Notes: a model not told the origin generated them from the sequence alone. Positions 27,715 to 43,229 are shown, counted from the first letter of the stretch. The stretch: DNA of 64,000 bases from Octopus vulgaris (GCA_951406725.2 OX597829.1:44516001-44580000), one strand, 5' to 3'. Numbers and translations: made by a program.

Positions 27715-28100
27715 TCTTTATATATAAAAGAGAGGTTGTGTGTCTGTCTTCTATGATTTAGATTCCTAACTACTCCCACATTTTGCGGTGCAGTTTAACC
27801 AAAAGCGGGTATCTTATAGTCGTGATTCATATCGAGCCCTTCTGGGTATTAGCGCGCGTCTACGATGAGTCTACGATTTTAAAAATAATTTACCATCATT
27901 TTTTTCCATTTTGATGCATTTTTTCGCTATTATATAAGGGAAGTAACTCTCTAAAAATGTCTACAATGAGTCAACGATTTTTAAAAAATTTACCATCATT
28001 TTTTTTCCATTTTTTTGCTATTTTTTGGCTATAACTCTCTAAAAATGCTTATATAGTTATTTCCCTTACAAACCCGTGCAACGCCGGGCGATACTGCTAG
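27715..28100 (+). mobile_element. Non-autonomous Helitron, family E
   Basis: 5' TC, 3' hairpin cccgtgcaacgccggg and CTAG|T. Confidence 0.88.
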
Positions 28101-28738
28101 TCAGTGATAAAATATATATCATCGAGGGCTCAATAACATTTTCCCTTAGTGTCTTTTTCATTTATCTCTTTTTTTCTTTTAGGAAAGATATATCGTATAA
28201 CAAGTCTGACAGAGAGAGACCACACGTTTTGCTCAGCAATCTGAATAAATAATAATAATAATAATAATAGATTCCATAGAATTTTGAGAAATAGGTTTAG
28301 TGTTCGAGCAACTTTCTCCCAATTAATCATTCAATCATAGAAAAGCAACTGATTCGCAAATCAATATAAGAAATCAATCATACTTACAATTTCTCTCAAA
28401 GATAACAGAAAAAAATATTGAACTTTAGTAATGAAGACGTCATGTTTAAGTAACTGTCATTACAACTCACGCACATTCTGTACCAATAAACACCAATGGC
28501 CGTTTGATAATAGAAATGTCAGCAAAAATTCTGACTGTCGCATAAAAAAAAATCGAACATTTATTTCTGATGCTGGTTGGCATTTCATTGTTTTTTGTCG
28601 AACTTATTCTTTTCAATTACTTTACATATATATATATATATATAAATATATATATATATGTATTTTGGTATGTGTGTATTGTAGAACTTTATTATGAATA
28701 CAATGAAGTAACTTTCTCAAATATTTTATTTTCTACCC

Positions 28739-28772
<34 letters not shown>

Positions 28773-29141
28773 GTAAGTGTATTTTCTTCTTCGTTCTTTG
28801 ATTTGTGCTTTCCCCCCTTTTCGTTAATTCTTTTCCAATATTTCGTTTCAGTATTTTTATGAAGACAGTTATTATAACTTTTCTGTACTGTCTTTCGTTT
28901 AGATAGCAAAAAAAAAAAGAAAAAAAAAAAACGACAAAAAACAAACAAAAAAAAAAAAATCAAGAAACTCTTAAATATTTTGCTTTTAGAGTACTTTCCT
29001 ATTAATTTAATTAGAAAAATATTTTTCAGAAAAATATTCTTAAGTCATTCGTAAGTAAAATATACTCCTTTCTAAAACAAGGAATAGAAAAATATTTTTA
29101 AGTAAGCTGTGTCTGAGTATACATACATATATTCGTATATA

Positions 29142-29184
<43 letters not shown>

Positions 29185-29185
29185 A

Positions 29186-29275
<90 letters not shown>

Positions 29276-29370
29276 GATATCGATATAAGTATTGATATAT
29301 GTATAGCTATAAAATTAAATATATATACACATGTCTATGCGTAAATACATGTGTGTGTTTATATACATAC

Positions 29371-29413
<43 letters not shown>

Positions 29414-29606
29414 CACTTGTAATGTCAGCATTTTATGTATGTGTCTTAGGATGTATGTCTCCAAGTGTGTTTAAGCGTGTCTACATACATGAAAAACTTC
29501 TTTAATGCAAATTGGCAGATGGTAAGAATACAGGTCATCTTTTATTATATTGTCATATTGTCATTATTATCGTTTTTCTTCTACTCCTCCCCCTCCTCCT
29601 CCTCAA

Positions 29607-29639
<33 letters not shown>

Positions 29640-29911
29640 GTTTATTATTACTATTATTACTTATAAGTTCATTGTCAATAACGACAGAGATTTCATCATA
29701 TTAAGATGTGCAGCTGATTCAATATCATGTCAAAGGATACTTGTCGTTTTACCTCGATGTCGTAGAATTTGAGCGAAAATGGTAAATTTGCCGCGCCATC
29801 GATACAGGGGGAAACAGTAAAGCTATCAAACACATTAAGGTAAAGTAGAATTTTTAAGTTGGAGTTAATATTTATTTCCGTATGTCCGAATATATATATA
29901 TATATATATAT

Positions 29912-29967
<56 letters not shown>

Positions 29968-29994
29968 CTTATATACATATATATATATGTATAC

Positions 29995-30058
<64 letters not shown>

Positions 30059-30246
30059 TATGCATATATATTACATGTATTACATGTATGTATATCTATG
30101 TATAAGTATGTATGCGTACATACATACATGTATATATATATATATATATACATATGTATATTATGTACAGGTGCATATAGAGTGACAGACTAAGTTAGAT
30201 ACAGCTAAATAGATATACATACACATATGTATACATTTGTATATAC

Positions 30247-30379
<133 letters not shown>

Positions 30380-31064
30380 TAGATAGGTAGGTAGATATGT
30401 AGATAGATATACATAGAAACATGTGTGTGTGTGTGTAAGTGAGTGTGTGGGTGCGTGCGAGCGCGCTTGAGTATTTCAAAATAAGAAACATTACGAAGCT
30501 GAACAGCAACAACAACAACAATAATAGCAATAAACACAAATAGCGACATCGATGACAACGTAAAATAACAGCATTTATTCGCTTATGTGACTTAAATAAA
30601 ATAAAATGAAATAAAATAAAAATAAAATATTGTATCAATAATTTTTTTTTTTTTTTTTGAGATTTCTAAATATTTGTGACATTTATTGTTGAATACGATA
30701 TAACTTTACACGTTTTTTTTTTTCCTCTTTTGTTGTTCATTTTTTTCGTTTTTTTGTTTTGTTAGTTGTTGTCATTTTTTGTCATTGTTCTGACTTTTAG
30801 TTTCTTCTTTTATAAAAAATCGATAAATAACTCTTCTCAATGACAACGTTGTTGTTTTTTGTTGATAAATTCCTTAAGAAGTTTTGAAACAAGTGTAGCA
30901 CAGAGAGATAATGACGAAACGGATGTTAGAAAGTTATGACACGGACAATAATTTATTGTTCAAACTGTTGAGGAATCGATACGGTAAATAAGAGAATCCA
31001 AATGGAAGCATCGACTGTTGCCTTTTCTTCTTTTTCTGTTATTATTACACAAATTATATTATAA

Positions 31065-31461
31065 ATAGCAGTATCGCCCGGCGTTGCTCGGGTTTGTAAG
31101 GGAAATAACTATATAAGCATTTTTAGAGTTGTAAAGTATAATAGCCATCTCAATATGGCTAACCACAAAGGAAGGGGGTGTTACTGTAGCTTTTTACGTT
31201 CTGAGATTTAATAATAAATTTTTAGAGAGTTACTTCCCTTATATATGCCAAAAATGCATTAAAAATGGGAAAAATTGATGGTAATTTTTTTTTAAATCGT
31301 TGACTCATCGTAGACGTGCGCTAATACCCAGAAGGGCTCGATATGAATCACGACTATAAGATACCCGGTTTTGGTTAAACTGCATCGCAAAATGTGGGAG
31401 TAGTTAGGAATCTAAATCGTAGGAGACAGACAGCACACAACCTCACTTTTATATATAAAGA
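31065..31461 (-). mobile_element. Non-autonomous Helitron, family E
   Basis: Reverse complement of 12379-12751 with a variant internal segment. Confidence 0.85.
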
Positions 31462-32334
31462 TTTATACGAGTGAATTAATTCTAAAATTTTCTTGAGAGC
31501 TTTCTCCTCTGGGAGTTAGTTTTAACATAAGCAAAATAACATAGTTACAGCTGTAAATTAAAGGTTATGGTATTGACACTTCGAATTTTTCGTTTATATA
31601 TGTTGTCACAAAAGTTTAGGGATGTGATGAATTAATATACTCACGTAGAGCTCAAAGCAAACATTGGTGAGAATCTAAACCAAATTGCTGGTTCTATTTG
31701 CCAGGCAATTACTTTGAGTTTTATAGATTTCTCTCGTTTTCAAATATAGATTTCTGGTTAACTAGACAGAAGTAGAACTTTTGGAATAAAGTGACAAATC
31801 TAATGAAATCAAATTAGGCATATAGCATTACTGGACAATTTAACCTACAGCAGAATAGGGCAAAACAAATTAGACGTGTTTCCCATTTCAAATATATCAT
31901 TCTTACAAGAACATTTAAATCCAAGCTGCTAATAATATAATATTACGTTTCTTTCTTACTTATTTATTTATTTATTTATCATTTTATTATTGTATTTTTT
32001 ATTTTGTTTCAGTCATTAGACTGCGGCTCTGCTGGAGCACCATCATGAAGCATTCTATCGGTCTCTTCCGGGGAGGTAAACACACCAACACTGGTTGTCA
32101 AACTGTGATAGGAGACATACACATACACACAAACACAGACACTCATACGTAAATATATATATATATATAACGACGGGCTTCTTTCAGTTTCCTTCTACGA
32201 AATCTACTCACTGACCTGTGGTTATAAAAGAAAGCATTTGCTTAAGGTGCCACACAGTGGAACCGAATCCGGAACCATGTAGTTGCGAGTTAACCTTGTC
32301 ATTACACAACCACGCCTACGCCTATTCATTTTCT

Positions 32335-32404
<70 letters not shown>

Positions 32405-32467
32405 CAGCAGTGGTGGTGGTGGTGGTGGTGGTGGTGGTGGTGGTGGTGGGGGCTGGTGGTAGTAATG

Positions 32468-32515
<48 letters not shown>

Positions 32516-32951
32516 CTTGTCAGTTGTTTGACCTTAACCAGTTGAGCATGTTCCTTAGTGGCTGACGATATGTGCATCTCTGATCACGAGCAGAAGTAGT
32601 GGGGGAGCATCATAGCCATGTGTTGAGAGGGATTGTTTGGAGTTTGAATAATTCACCTCTGGAAACATGGGTGGTTTTTTCAGCATCCTCAAACAACCCT
32701 TATTCAGGGACCTTTTGAGCGGGATGGGCTACTAAACCTGAAGAAAATTCTAACTGGGCCCCACCTGCAAGGTCATGTGCTGTTTATCTTGATATGAGAT
32801 CACCATGTCGCGCACATATGGTTGTGATGCATGTGCCTGGTGTACCCTTATCAGACGGGTAGTCATGATGGGTATATTGGGCTTTGTATATTTTACCCCA
32901 GTGTCACTTTGATGGCATGAACTGCTCTCTCACTCAATAATAATAATAATA

Positions 32952-33580
32952 AATTGTGGACAAAATGGCGAAACCGTATGGCATGTTGCCAGTCAATGTA
33001 CGCCACTAGCCCAGAAAGAATATAAGAGACGCTATGACAATGCAGCATGGATTGTCTATAGAACACTTTGCAACATGTATGGACTTGACAGAGTAAAAAA
33101 TTGGTACGAACATAAACCCGAAGGCATCATCGAAAATGATAATACAAAGATCCTATGGGATTTTTATGATTCAGCGTAAGCATGTGATAGAGAATAAGAA
33201 ACCAGACATAGTCTTAATTGAGAAAGAAAGCAAACGATGCTGGATCATAGATACAGCATGCCCAGCTGACAACAAGGTATGCGATGAAGAAGAAAGAAAA
33301 GTCGAGAGATACGATAGGTTAGCTTGGGAGGTTAAGCAGTTGTGGTCGCTGAAAAATGTGGTAGTATTACCAATAATTTTCGGAGCCCTGGGAACAGTGA
33401 GGAAAAATCTTGAGAAATACAGGGAACGAATAGGGGCTGCAATACGGCTGGAGCACTTGCAGGAAACAGCACTGCTTGAAACTGCAAGATTTCTCAAGGT
33501 TCTTAAAGCATGACCAGTAAACAAGTGTCACCTTAGTCTGCTGGCTGTGGACAGCTGACACTTCCCATCATACGCAGCAA
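32952..33580 (+). mobile_element. 5'-truncated R4/Dong-like LINE (partial CCHC knuckle plus RLE), in (TAA)n context
   Basis: CGQNGETVWHVASQC..YKRRYD..NWYEHKPEG..KILWDF / frameshift / KKPDIVLIEKESKRCWIIDTACP..KVERYDRL..PIIFGALG. Confidence 0.9.
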
Positions 33581-33672
<92 letters not shown>

Positions 33673-35203
33673 CATTATTATTATTATTCAGTAGTTTTAT
33701 TATTATTCAGTAGTTTTATTTTTATAGCGTGCTTTGTTTGTGTTCATCTCCCATCACTGCTTGACAACCGTTGTTGATTAGTTTAAATCCCGCTAACTTA
33801 GCTGTTCGGCAAAAGGGAACGATAGAAAAAGTACCAGGACTAAGAGGTAAGTACTGGGGTTGATTTGGTCGACTGAAACCGTCAAGACGGTGCACCAGAA
33901 TGGCCGCTGTCTAATGACGGAAGCAAGTAAAATGTAAAAGATAAGTACAAAGTAACTGTGACTAAATTACCATTCTAAAAATATTGAAGAAATATGTAAA
34001 CAGCAGTTACTTTTTTTTTTTAATTTAAAGGCGATGTTTCAACATGGCCGCAATTAGATGACTGACACAAGTAAAAGAATAAAAGAATAAAGGTATTACC
34101 ATCTCAGACTTATTCGAAAGCGCTACCTTTTATTCGTTTGCTTCCATTCAAGTCAAAACTGGACATCACTTCAATCAAATTTGACCCGTCACTTCAATAA
34201 TCTTCTTATTTTTATAAGCACCGGTTACTTGGATTTAAATTCTTTAGTCCATACGGAAGGGATTTTAATCTCGTGCCTTTAGATAATCGCTCTCAACCGC
34301 TTTAACATTTTTGGTAGCGTTAAGGGATTGAATAACTTATTATTTCTTACTTAAAAGGCATATAAGCATTCTGACAGCGATAAAGAGATAATCAAAAATA
34401 GAATGGCATTGAAAAATAATGAATTCTTTACGTAGTCGCTGAAAGTTTACTTATTTCAATGTTTGCCGAAAGATGAAAGGGTGTGTTAATATGTGGGTGA
34501 AACTTCCAACTTGAACTACGAAAAGGGACGTAATAGCAGTTGAATAATGCAAGGCACTGAGTCTGGCACGTAATCAATCAATCATTTGCCACTACTGCAG
34601 CTTGCTCTCAAAAATAAAAAAAAGAAAACGATGATATAAGTGGCATGAATCAGAAAGGTTTCTGTTGCCTACGTCAGAAACATGCTGCATGTTTACATCG
34701 CAATGAGAGAAAAATCAGAAAGCGGAGTCCGATAGAGTGAGGTTTGAGTGTGTAACAGAAGAAGAAGAAGAAGAAGAAGAAGAAGAAGAAGAAGAAGAAG
34801 AAGAAGAAGAAGAAGAAGAAGAAGAAGAAGAAGAAGAAGAAGAAGAAGGAGGAGAAGGAGAAGGAGAAGGAGAAGAAGAAGAAGAAGAAGAAGAAGAAGA
34901 AGAAGAAGAAGAAGAAGAAGGAAGAAGAAGAAGGAGGAGAAGAAGAAGAAGGAGAAGAAGAAGAAGAAGAAGAAGACGAAGAAGAACGAAGAAGAAGAAG
35001 AAGAAGAAGAAGAAGAAGAAGAAGAAGAAGAAGAAGAAGAAGAAGAAGAAGAAGAAGAAGAAGAAGAAGAAGAAGAAGAAGAAGAAGAAGGAGGAACAAA
35101 AAGAGAAAGAGAAGAGTGAAAGAGAAAATTAGAATATGGGACAGGGAAATGAGAAGAGAAGGAAAAGTCAAGAAATAGGTGTGAAAACAATCATTTAGAT
35201 ATT

Positions 35204-35425
35204 ACTCTTTTACTCGTTTACTTGTTTCAGTCATTTGACTGTGGCCATGCTGGAGCACCGCTTTTAGTCGACCAAATCGACCCCAGAACCTATTCTTTGG
35301 AAGCCTATTATTATATCGGTTTCTTTTGTTGAACCACTAATTTACGGGGACATAAACACACCAGCATCAGTTGTCAAGCGATGTTGAGGGGACAAACACA
35401 GACACACAAACATTTACACACACAT

Positions 35426-35490
<65 letters not shown>

Positions 35491-35652
35491 ATGGGTTTCT
35501 TTCAGTTTCCGCCTACCAAAATCCACTCACAAGGCTTTGGTTGACCCGAGGCTATAGTAGAAGACACTTGCCCAAAGTGCCGCGCAGTGGGACTGAACCC
35601 GGAACCAAGTAGTTGGTAAGCAAGCTACTTACCACACAGCCACTCCAGCGCC
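35204..35652 (-). mobile_element. SINE family A, full length
   Basis: Reverse complement of the family A consensus. Confidence 0.9.
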
Positions 35653-35810
35653 TCTTATAATCAAATATAAAGTAAGGACAAGACTAAATGTGCGTTTCCA
35701 CCGACAAGTAAGCAAGTAATGTATGTTGATGATTGCACCACAACGACGAGGATGCATAAATTTGTGTGAGTGTGTGTGAGTGTGTGTGTGTGTGCGGAGG
35801 TTAGGCGTTT

Positions 35811-35876
<66 letters not shown>

Positions 35877-35948
35877 ATTTGAGGGAATATTAATCCTAAC
35901 TTACAGGGAAAAATTCAATTTAGAAATGCTAAATCAAATTTCACACAA

Positions 35949-35988
<40 letters not shown>

Positions 35989-36103
35989 TAAAAAAACACC
36001 TTTTATCAATTCAAAATGAACAATTAAATTACACCATCTAGAAAATTATATATAATAGAAATAATAATATATAATAATAAAAACGTATATATATATATAT
36101 ATA

Positions 36104-36734
36104 TGATGGCCGTTCACTCGTGACCGAGGAAGCCCATTGCTGATCTTTAGGAACATTGTGCGCTCTACAACTAACTTATATTTTGCATTTGCGGTTCCAT
36201 TGGTGTCTAATGAGCCCTGCTCTTGACAAGCATACATGACTGCAAACATTGCAGACCAAGCTTTCCCCATTCACTACACCAGCAGTCCGCTTCCGAGCAG
36301 CACACTTAAGTTCTTCATGAAGAATACGTGCTTTTACAAAGGCGTCGAGCCCCCCCCCCCTTAATCTGCTTCCTCCATCTGTGGCAATGTCAGGTATTGC
36401 TCTCACAGTCGGTCTCCTGCATATCACAGGCCTTTAATGAGTATTTGACACAGTCCTTAATTCGCAGCCTTGGTTTCTGCCAGGGTCTGTTTCCACTAGC
36501 ATGTTCCCCATATAGCATCTGTTTAGGGATCTTGCTATCCTTGATATTCTAATAAGGTATCCAGTCCAGCGTAACCGGTTCTTATGCATCATACCCTCAA
36601 TATTCAAAATATCAGCTTTCCTCGAGACCTGTGGGTCTGGAGTTTTTAAGGTCCAGCCAATATTCAAGATATGTCTCAGACATCTCTGACGGAAGCGTTC
36701 AAAGACCTTTACATGACGTTTGTAAAGTGTCCAT
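36104..36734 (-). mobile_element. RTE-clade LINE 3' end, decayed
   Basis: WTLYKRHVKVFERFRQRCLRHILNIGW..RLRWTGYLIR..IPKQMLYGE..CNVCSHVCLSRAGLIRHQ, with frameshifts. Confidence 0.88.
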
Positions 36735-36746
36735 GTATGTATTATA

Positions 36747-36781
<35 letters not shown>

Positions 36782-37555
36782 ACATACATACATATTTGCA
36801 TGTATGTACGTATGTCTGTATATATATGTGTGTGTGTGTATGTATGCATGCATGTATGCATGTATGTATGTATGTATGTATGTATGTATGTATGTATGTA
36901 TGTATGTATGTATGTATGTATGTATGTATGTATGTATGTATATATAAAGGACTCCCTTCGGCCATGAATGACCATGGGATTGCACCTAGAAAGTTACCCT
37001 CTGAGGCACAAATTCGGGCAAGGTTGTTTTACGGAAGACCAGCAGTCGGCCCAAAAAAATTGGACGACCTAAATAAAAAGAATTTCTTACTTCCGTCAAA
37101 ATCATTTCTGGTTAAAGCTACGCAGAACACTGAAGGAATGGTAGGCGCACGGGGGAGGGAGGAAAAGATAGATGCCCTCACCATTCCTTCAGAATGGCTC
37201 AGACAAAAGTAACATTAAGTTTTTTATGCCATTCAATTTTTCTCAACTGATCAATAGACCAATTGAGTAAAACCTATCAGTAATGTACCTATAATGGCTA
37301 CTGGAAACAGCTGTAAGGCCAAATTTCCTCTGATAAAGGGAAAAATATGTAATTTACATTATTTATAACTTGCTTCATACAGAGACAGATAGATAACTAG
37401 ATACATAAACAGATAGATAGATGTGTACACAATGTATATTTATAAATGTATATTTGACCCACGTACAGATCCCTATCTTTAAACACACACACACACAAAC
37501 ACAAACACATCATACATACAAATATATGTATGTATGTCAATATATGTGTATACTG

Positions 37556-37588
<33 letters not shown>

Positions 37589-37728
37589 ATGTTTCTGGTT
37601 ATGTGTGGTTAAATAAATTAACTAGCTAAATAGGAGAGCATTAATATGGTTACTTGATACATCTCATGAGGAACAGAGTTCTTCTGGTCTTGTTGTTGTT
37701 GTTGTGTGTAACTATTTTTATTATTAAC

Positions 37729-37881
<153 letters not shown>

Positions 37882-38432
37882 CATCATCATCATTATTACA
37901 GTGAAACTGTATGTGCGCTAAAAAGGGGGCCCCAGATAAAGCAGCTTGAAAGAGAGAGAGAGAGAGAGGAGAGAGAGTGAGGGATATGAAAAATTCACTC
38001 CCCTACTACCTGCAGCCAGTGGCGCCAGTTATATTTCCTTAAAGAAATATAAGTTGCTCGCGCTTTCATTCTGTTGACTCAGGCACTCTTTTCTTTTCTT
38101 CCTTTTTTTTTTGTTTTTTTTTTTTGTTAGTTCATTCGCCACGAAACATTCACAAATGCTGTCCGTATGCTTCAATGAGGACCTCATTAATTGATACTTT
38201 GCAGTCATATACTTTCTCCTACACTCTCCTCTCTCACTCTCTGTCTCTATATATCTATCTATCTGTCTATCTTTCACTCTCTCATTCTCTCCCTTACTCT
38301 CTTTTTCTCTCATCACACACACACACACGCGCGCGCGCCTCTAATGCTTTGGTATCTAACTATTTCTACAGTTTACTTTAATGTCCTTCAGTGAAGACAT
38401 ACTCACGCATTCACTCCCTTTTTATTACTACA

Positions 38433-38464
<32 letters not shown>

Positions 38465-38617
38465 AATCTATTTCTCTATGTATGAGTATGTACATAGAGG
38501 AGACAAACAGGCAGATAAATAGATAGGTAGAGAGATAGATTGATAAATAGGTAGATGGATGGATGGATGGAAGGATGGATAGATAGACAGTGAGACAGAT
38601 AGACAGACAGACAGACG

Positions 38618-38881
<264 letters not shown>

Positions 38882-39744
38882 TATGCATGTATATAAATGT
38901 AAGCGTATATGTATGTATGTATATATATATACATGGAGATAGATAGAGAGGGACAGACAGATAGATAGATAGTTAGAGAGAGAGAGAGAGAGACCTCTAT
39001 ACCTGTTTATATCCAGTTATATTCTACACACTCTATCACTTTTTCCTTTCTCTTCCTATATTTATCTTTCAATATATATGAGTATGTGTGTATGTGTGTG
39101 TGTGTTTGTGCATGTTTGTGTGTGTGTGTGTGTTTGCGTGTCTGTGTATGTGAGTGTGTTTGTGCATATGTGTGTCTGTATTTGTGCGTTTGTGTATGTA
39201 TTCGTGTGCGTGTGTTCGGGTGTATGCGTATTTGTGTGTGCGTTTGTGATTCCTTGTGTGTGCATGTGTGTATGTGTGTGCATGTGTGTATGTGTGTGCA
39301 TTTGTGTGTGTGTGTGTGTGTGTGCATTTGTGTGTGTGTGCATTTGTGTGTGTGTGTTTGTATATGTGTGTCTGTATCTGCATGTGTATTTATGTGCATA
39401 TGTGTTTCTCTTCACATCATTTCTTTTTCCTTCCCCATCTATCTTTCGTGACTCATCATTTTCGCTGGCAGCCATAATTACTTTGCGACAAGAGAGCAGT
39501 TTTCTTAGTAAATGTAATACTTTACCTTTGTTTCTTCTTTTACCTAAACAATATCTTCTCTGCTTTCTAGTAGTAGCCTTCCTCTATTCATTCAACTGTA
39601 ATTTCAGCTTAATTGTGGTGTGTACTTCACTTCCTAACAGCGCTAATCAATAGACGAGCCAAAACTACGAAATCTCGATGTGTTATGTGGCCTAGCTACG
39701 AAGAGAGCTGCTAATCTCCCTTAAATCACTATCTTCGTCGCCCT

Positions 39745-40040
39745 TTTTCAAGCCTAGCCAGGCTCATGGGCCCGGTTTTCCGGTTTCTGTGGCGTATGTG
39801 TTCCCCCCAGCCGGACGGGACGCCAGTCCAACGCAGCGTTACTCAAGAAACATGAAGGAAGAGTGAGAGAAAGTTGTGGCAAAAGAGTACAAGAGGAGTC
39901 GCCACCATCCCCTGCCGGAGCGTCGTGGAGCTTTTAGGTGTTTTCGCTCAATAAACACACACAACACCCGGTCTGGGAATCGAAACCGCGATCCTCCGAC
40001 CGCGAGTTCTTTGCCCTAACCACTGGGCCATTGCGCCCCC
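39745..40040 (-). mobile_element. Chimeric SINE (family B head plus family C tail)
   Basis: Head matches 40301-40480; tail matches 13750-13845. Confidence 0.8.
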
Positions 40041-40300
40041 ACTAAATCACAATCTACCGTTCTAAAACACAAGGATACACAGGACAGTGTTGTCTAAGAT
40101 ACACAAAAAGGACAGGAGAATAAAGGTTGGAGCACCAATAACCCTAAGGCCTACTCCATCACCGTAGCATAAATAACAAGAACTAACCAATAAGCAACTT
40201 TGACATCAGCAAGTTTTTGCTGCTACACGATCAATCGCGCAAAAACTTAACTTCATAGTAGTGACACAGGTTCTTATTGTAGGTGCTTACTTTACTTGTA

Positions 40301-40691
40301 GTGGAGGTGCAATGGCCCAGTGGTTAGGGCAGTGGACTCACGGTCGTAGGATCGCGGTTTCGATTCCCAGACCGGGCGTTGTGAGTGTTTATTGAGCGAA
40401 AACACCTAAAGCTCCACGAGGCTCCGGCAGGGGATGGTGGTGATCCCTGCTGTACTCTTTCACCACAACTTTCTCTCACTCTTACTTCCTGTTTCTGTTG
40501 TACCTGTATTTCAAAGGGGCCGGCCTTGTCACTCTCTTGTGTCACGCTGAATATCCCCGAGAACTATGTTAAGGGTGCACGTGTCTGTGGAGTGCTCAGC
40601 CACTTACACGTTAATTTCACGAACAGGCTGTTCCGTTGATCGGATCAACCGGAACCCTCGTCGTTGTAACCGACGGAGTGCTTCCAACAAC
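40301..40691 (+). mobile_element. tRNA-derived SINE family B with 15-bp TSD
   Basis: tggcccagtggttaggg..ggtttcgattccc; actttacttgtagtg at 40289-40303 and 40690-40704. Confidence 0.92.
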
Positions 40692-41035
40692 TTTACTTGT
40701 AGTGAATATTCATGTAACAGATATCTGTTATGACAACCATTTACCTCCCTTGGATGTTTTAGTTTTTTTTTGTGTGTTTCTGCATGTGTGTCTTTGTGGG
40801 TAGACGTGTGCGTGTTTGTGTGTATATGTGCGTGCGTGTGCATGCGTGTGCGAGCGTGTGCGTGCGTGTCAGTGTGTATGAGTGTGCGCGCGAGTGTGTT
40901 TGCACGGGGAAGCAAAATAACTGCATAAAGCAAAATGACAAGGTGAGAAAAATGACACTCGATACAAGAAATGGAGTAAAATATACAATTCTATTGATGC
41001 TAAAAAGAAAATAATAATAAATAACTAAAAAAAAT

Positions 41036-41437
41036 GAGTGGCTGTGTGGTAAGTAGCTTGCTAACCAACCACATGGTTCCGGGTTCATTCCCACTGCGTG
41101 GCATCTTGGGCAAGTGTCTTCTGCTATAGCCCCGGGCCGACCAATGCCTTGTGAGTGGATTTGGTAGACGGAAACTGAAAGAAGCCTGTCGTATATATGT
41201 ATATATATATGTATATGTATGTGTGTGTGTGTTTGTCCCCCTAGCATTGCTTGACAACCGATGCTGGTGTGTTTACGTCCCCGTCACTTAGCGGTTCGGC
41301 AAAAGAGACCGATAGAATAAGTACTGGGCTTACAAAGAATAAGTCCCTGGGTCGAGTTGCTCGACTAAAGGCGGTGCTCCAGCATGGCCACAGTCAAATG
41401 ACTGAAACAAGTAAAAGAGTAAAAAAGAGTAAAAGAG
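41036..41437 (+). mobile_element. SINE family A
   Basis: Family A consensus; shares diagnostic changes (gcatcttgg, tgctatagccccggg, ccaatgcc) with 42765-43229. Confidence 0.9.
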
Positions 41438-41630
41438 AGATTACTAATAAAACTTTCACGTTTCCGATTTTCAGCGGGAAACACACGTTTGAAGCAAAAC
41501 AAAAATATTTCTAGATAACACTGCGTATCTTTCATTAGAGAAGGATTTGGATTCGAATGGTGAAGGATACTCAGGGCATCAAAAGTGTAAGAGGCTTATT
41601 TGATGAATCATGTATATATATATACATAGC

Positions 41631-41685
<55 letters not shown>

Positions 41686-41769
41686 TTGAGTAGTTGAATG
41701 AACTATCTTATTATGGATAATTCGAATTAACCGATACCTGGGTAGCAAATTTTGATGTTGACATAAGTT

Positions 41770-41864
41770 CCTTGCTTTTCCTGATGAGAAAGCGGCATAA
41801 TGTACTCCTCATTCCTTCGCAATTAGGAATATGCAGCCTTCGAAACATATGTCGAAAATAAAGG
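41770..41864 (+). ncRNA. Type I hammerhead ribozyme, canonical core
   Basis: ccttgcttttc CTGATGA GAAAGCGGCATA..TATGCAGCCTTC GAAA CATATG TC gaaaataaagg. Stem II pairs 10/12, palindromic stem III ACATATGT, GUC triplet (C17 = 41853). Confidence 0.85.
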
Positions 41865-42037
41865 AATTTTGTTAATTCGTCGTTCAACTCCATTCTTTCA
41901 TATATTTATATTTTTAATATATATATATATCATGTACTGCTTCCCAGCCACATGGTTTCGAATTCAATCCCACTGCGTGGCACTTTTGGTAAGTGTCATT
42001 TGCTTTAGCGTCAAAGTCTTGTGAGTGAAGTCCATCG

Positions 42038-42125
<88 letters not shown>

Positions 42126-42764
42126 ACTTAACTTAGAAAGGTTTTGGCCAGTATTGGCCCAGGTCATGTCTAACTTAATAGCACCACCTGGCGAAGTCTT
42201 TCAATTCAGGATTTGGGCACCGAGGCCCATTCGAGCAGAGAGTTATTGTTTGCGGAGACATATCCGGGTGTGGGTGGTTTGTCCGGGGGAATGAACATCC
42301 ATAAAGATATTATTGTTAATATTGTCTGTGGTGAATATAAGTGATTGATAACAATAACAGCCAGAATATAGGTGGTTAAAAGTATTAAATAGCGTCAAAT
42401 AGCTACAAAATTAAAATAAGTACTAATCATAAGGACGCACTGGGCGTCTAACCTGTTTAGAAATAAGACACAAAACCCCAATAAACCACAAATATCACTG
42501 AAAATATGAGCGAAAGCAGCCGTAATCGGGCGAACGGTTGAAGAATTAAAACATACCATCGTAGATAATGCCGCTCGGATATTCGTGTACCATGATTTCG
42601 AGTTTTGGCCTTCGGGCTTAAACTCTCTCCAGCACGACTTAGTGAGAGAAAAAAGCTCAAAACATGTCACGATGAAATCTGCCGGAGTTTTGATTTGTTT
42701 TACGCCAAAACCAGAACTGCCGCAGTTCACAATAATATTAACAATAATAATATTTTAACGAATA

Positions 42765-42926
42765 GGCGCAGGAGTGGCTGTGTGGTAAGTAGCTTGCTAA
42801 CCAACCGCATGGTTCCGGGTTCAGTCCCACTGTGTGGCATCTTGGGCAAGTGTCTTCTGCTATAGCCCCGGGCCGACCAATGCCTTGTGAGTGGATTTGG
42901 TAGACGGAAACTGAAAGAAGCCTGTC

Positions 42927-43017
<91 letters not shown>

Positions 43018-43229
43018 TGTGTTTGTTCCCCTAGCATTGCTTGACAACCGATGTTGGTGTGTTTACGTCCCGTCACTTAGCGGTTCGGCAAAAAGAGACC
43101 GATAGAATAAGTACTGGGCTTACAAAAAGAATAAGTCCCGGGGTCGAGTTGCTCGACTAAAGGCGGTGCTCCAGCATGGCCACAGTCAAATGACTGAAAC
43201 AAGTAAAAGAGTAAAAAAGAGTAAAAGAG
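42765..43229 (+). mobile_element. SINE family A, full length
   Basis: Family A consensus with internal (TA)n(TG)n. Confidence 0.92.

Noticed and set aside
40301-40375. tRNA gene
   Set aside because: The A/B boxes belong to a SINE head with body, tail and TSD; the same applies to the other SINE heads.
42395-42730. Open frames on both strands in complex sequence
   Set aside because: No recognisable protein motif or convincing splice-site pair.
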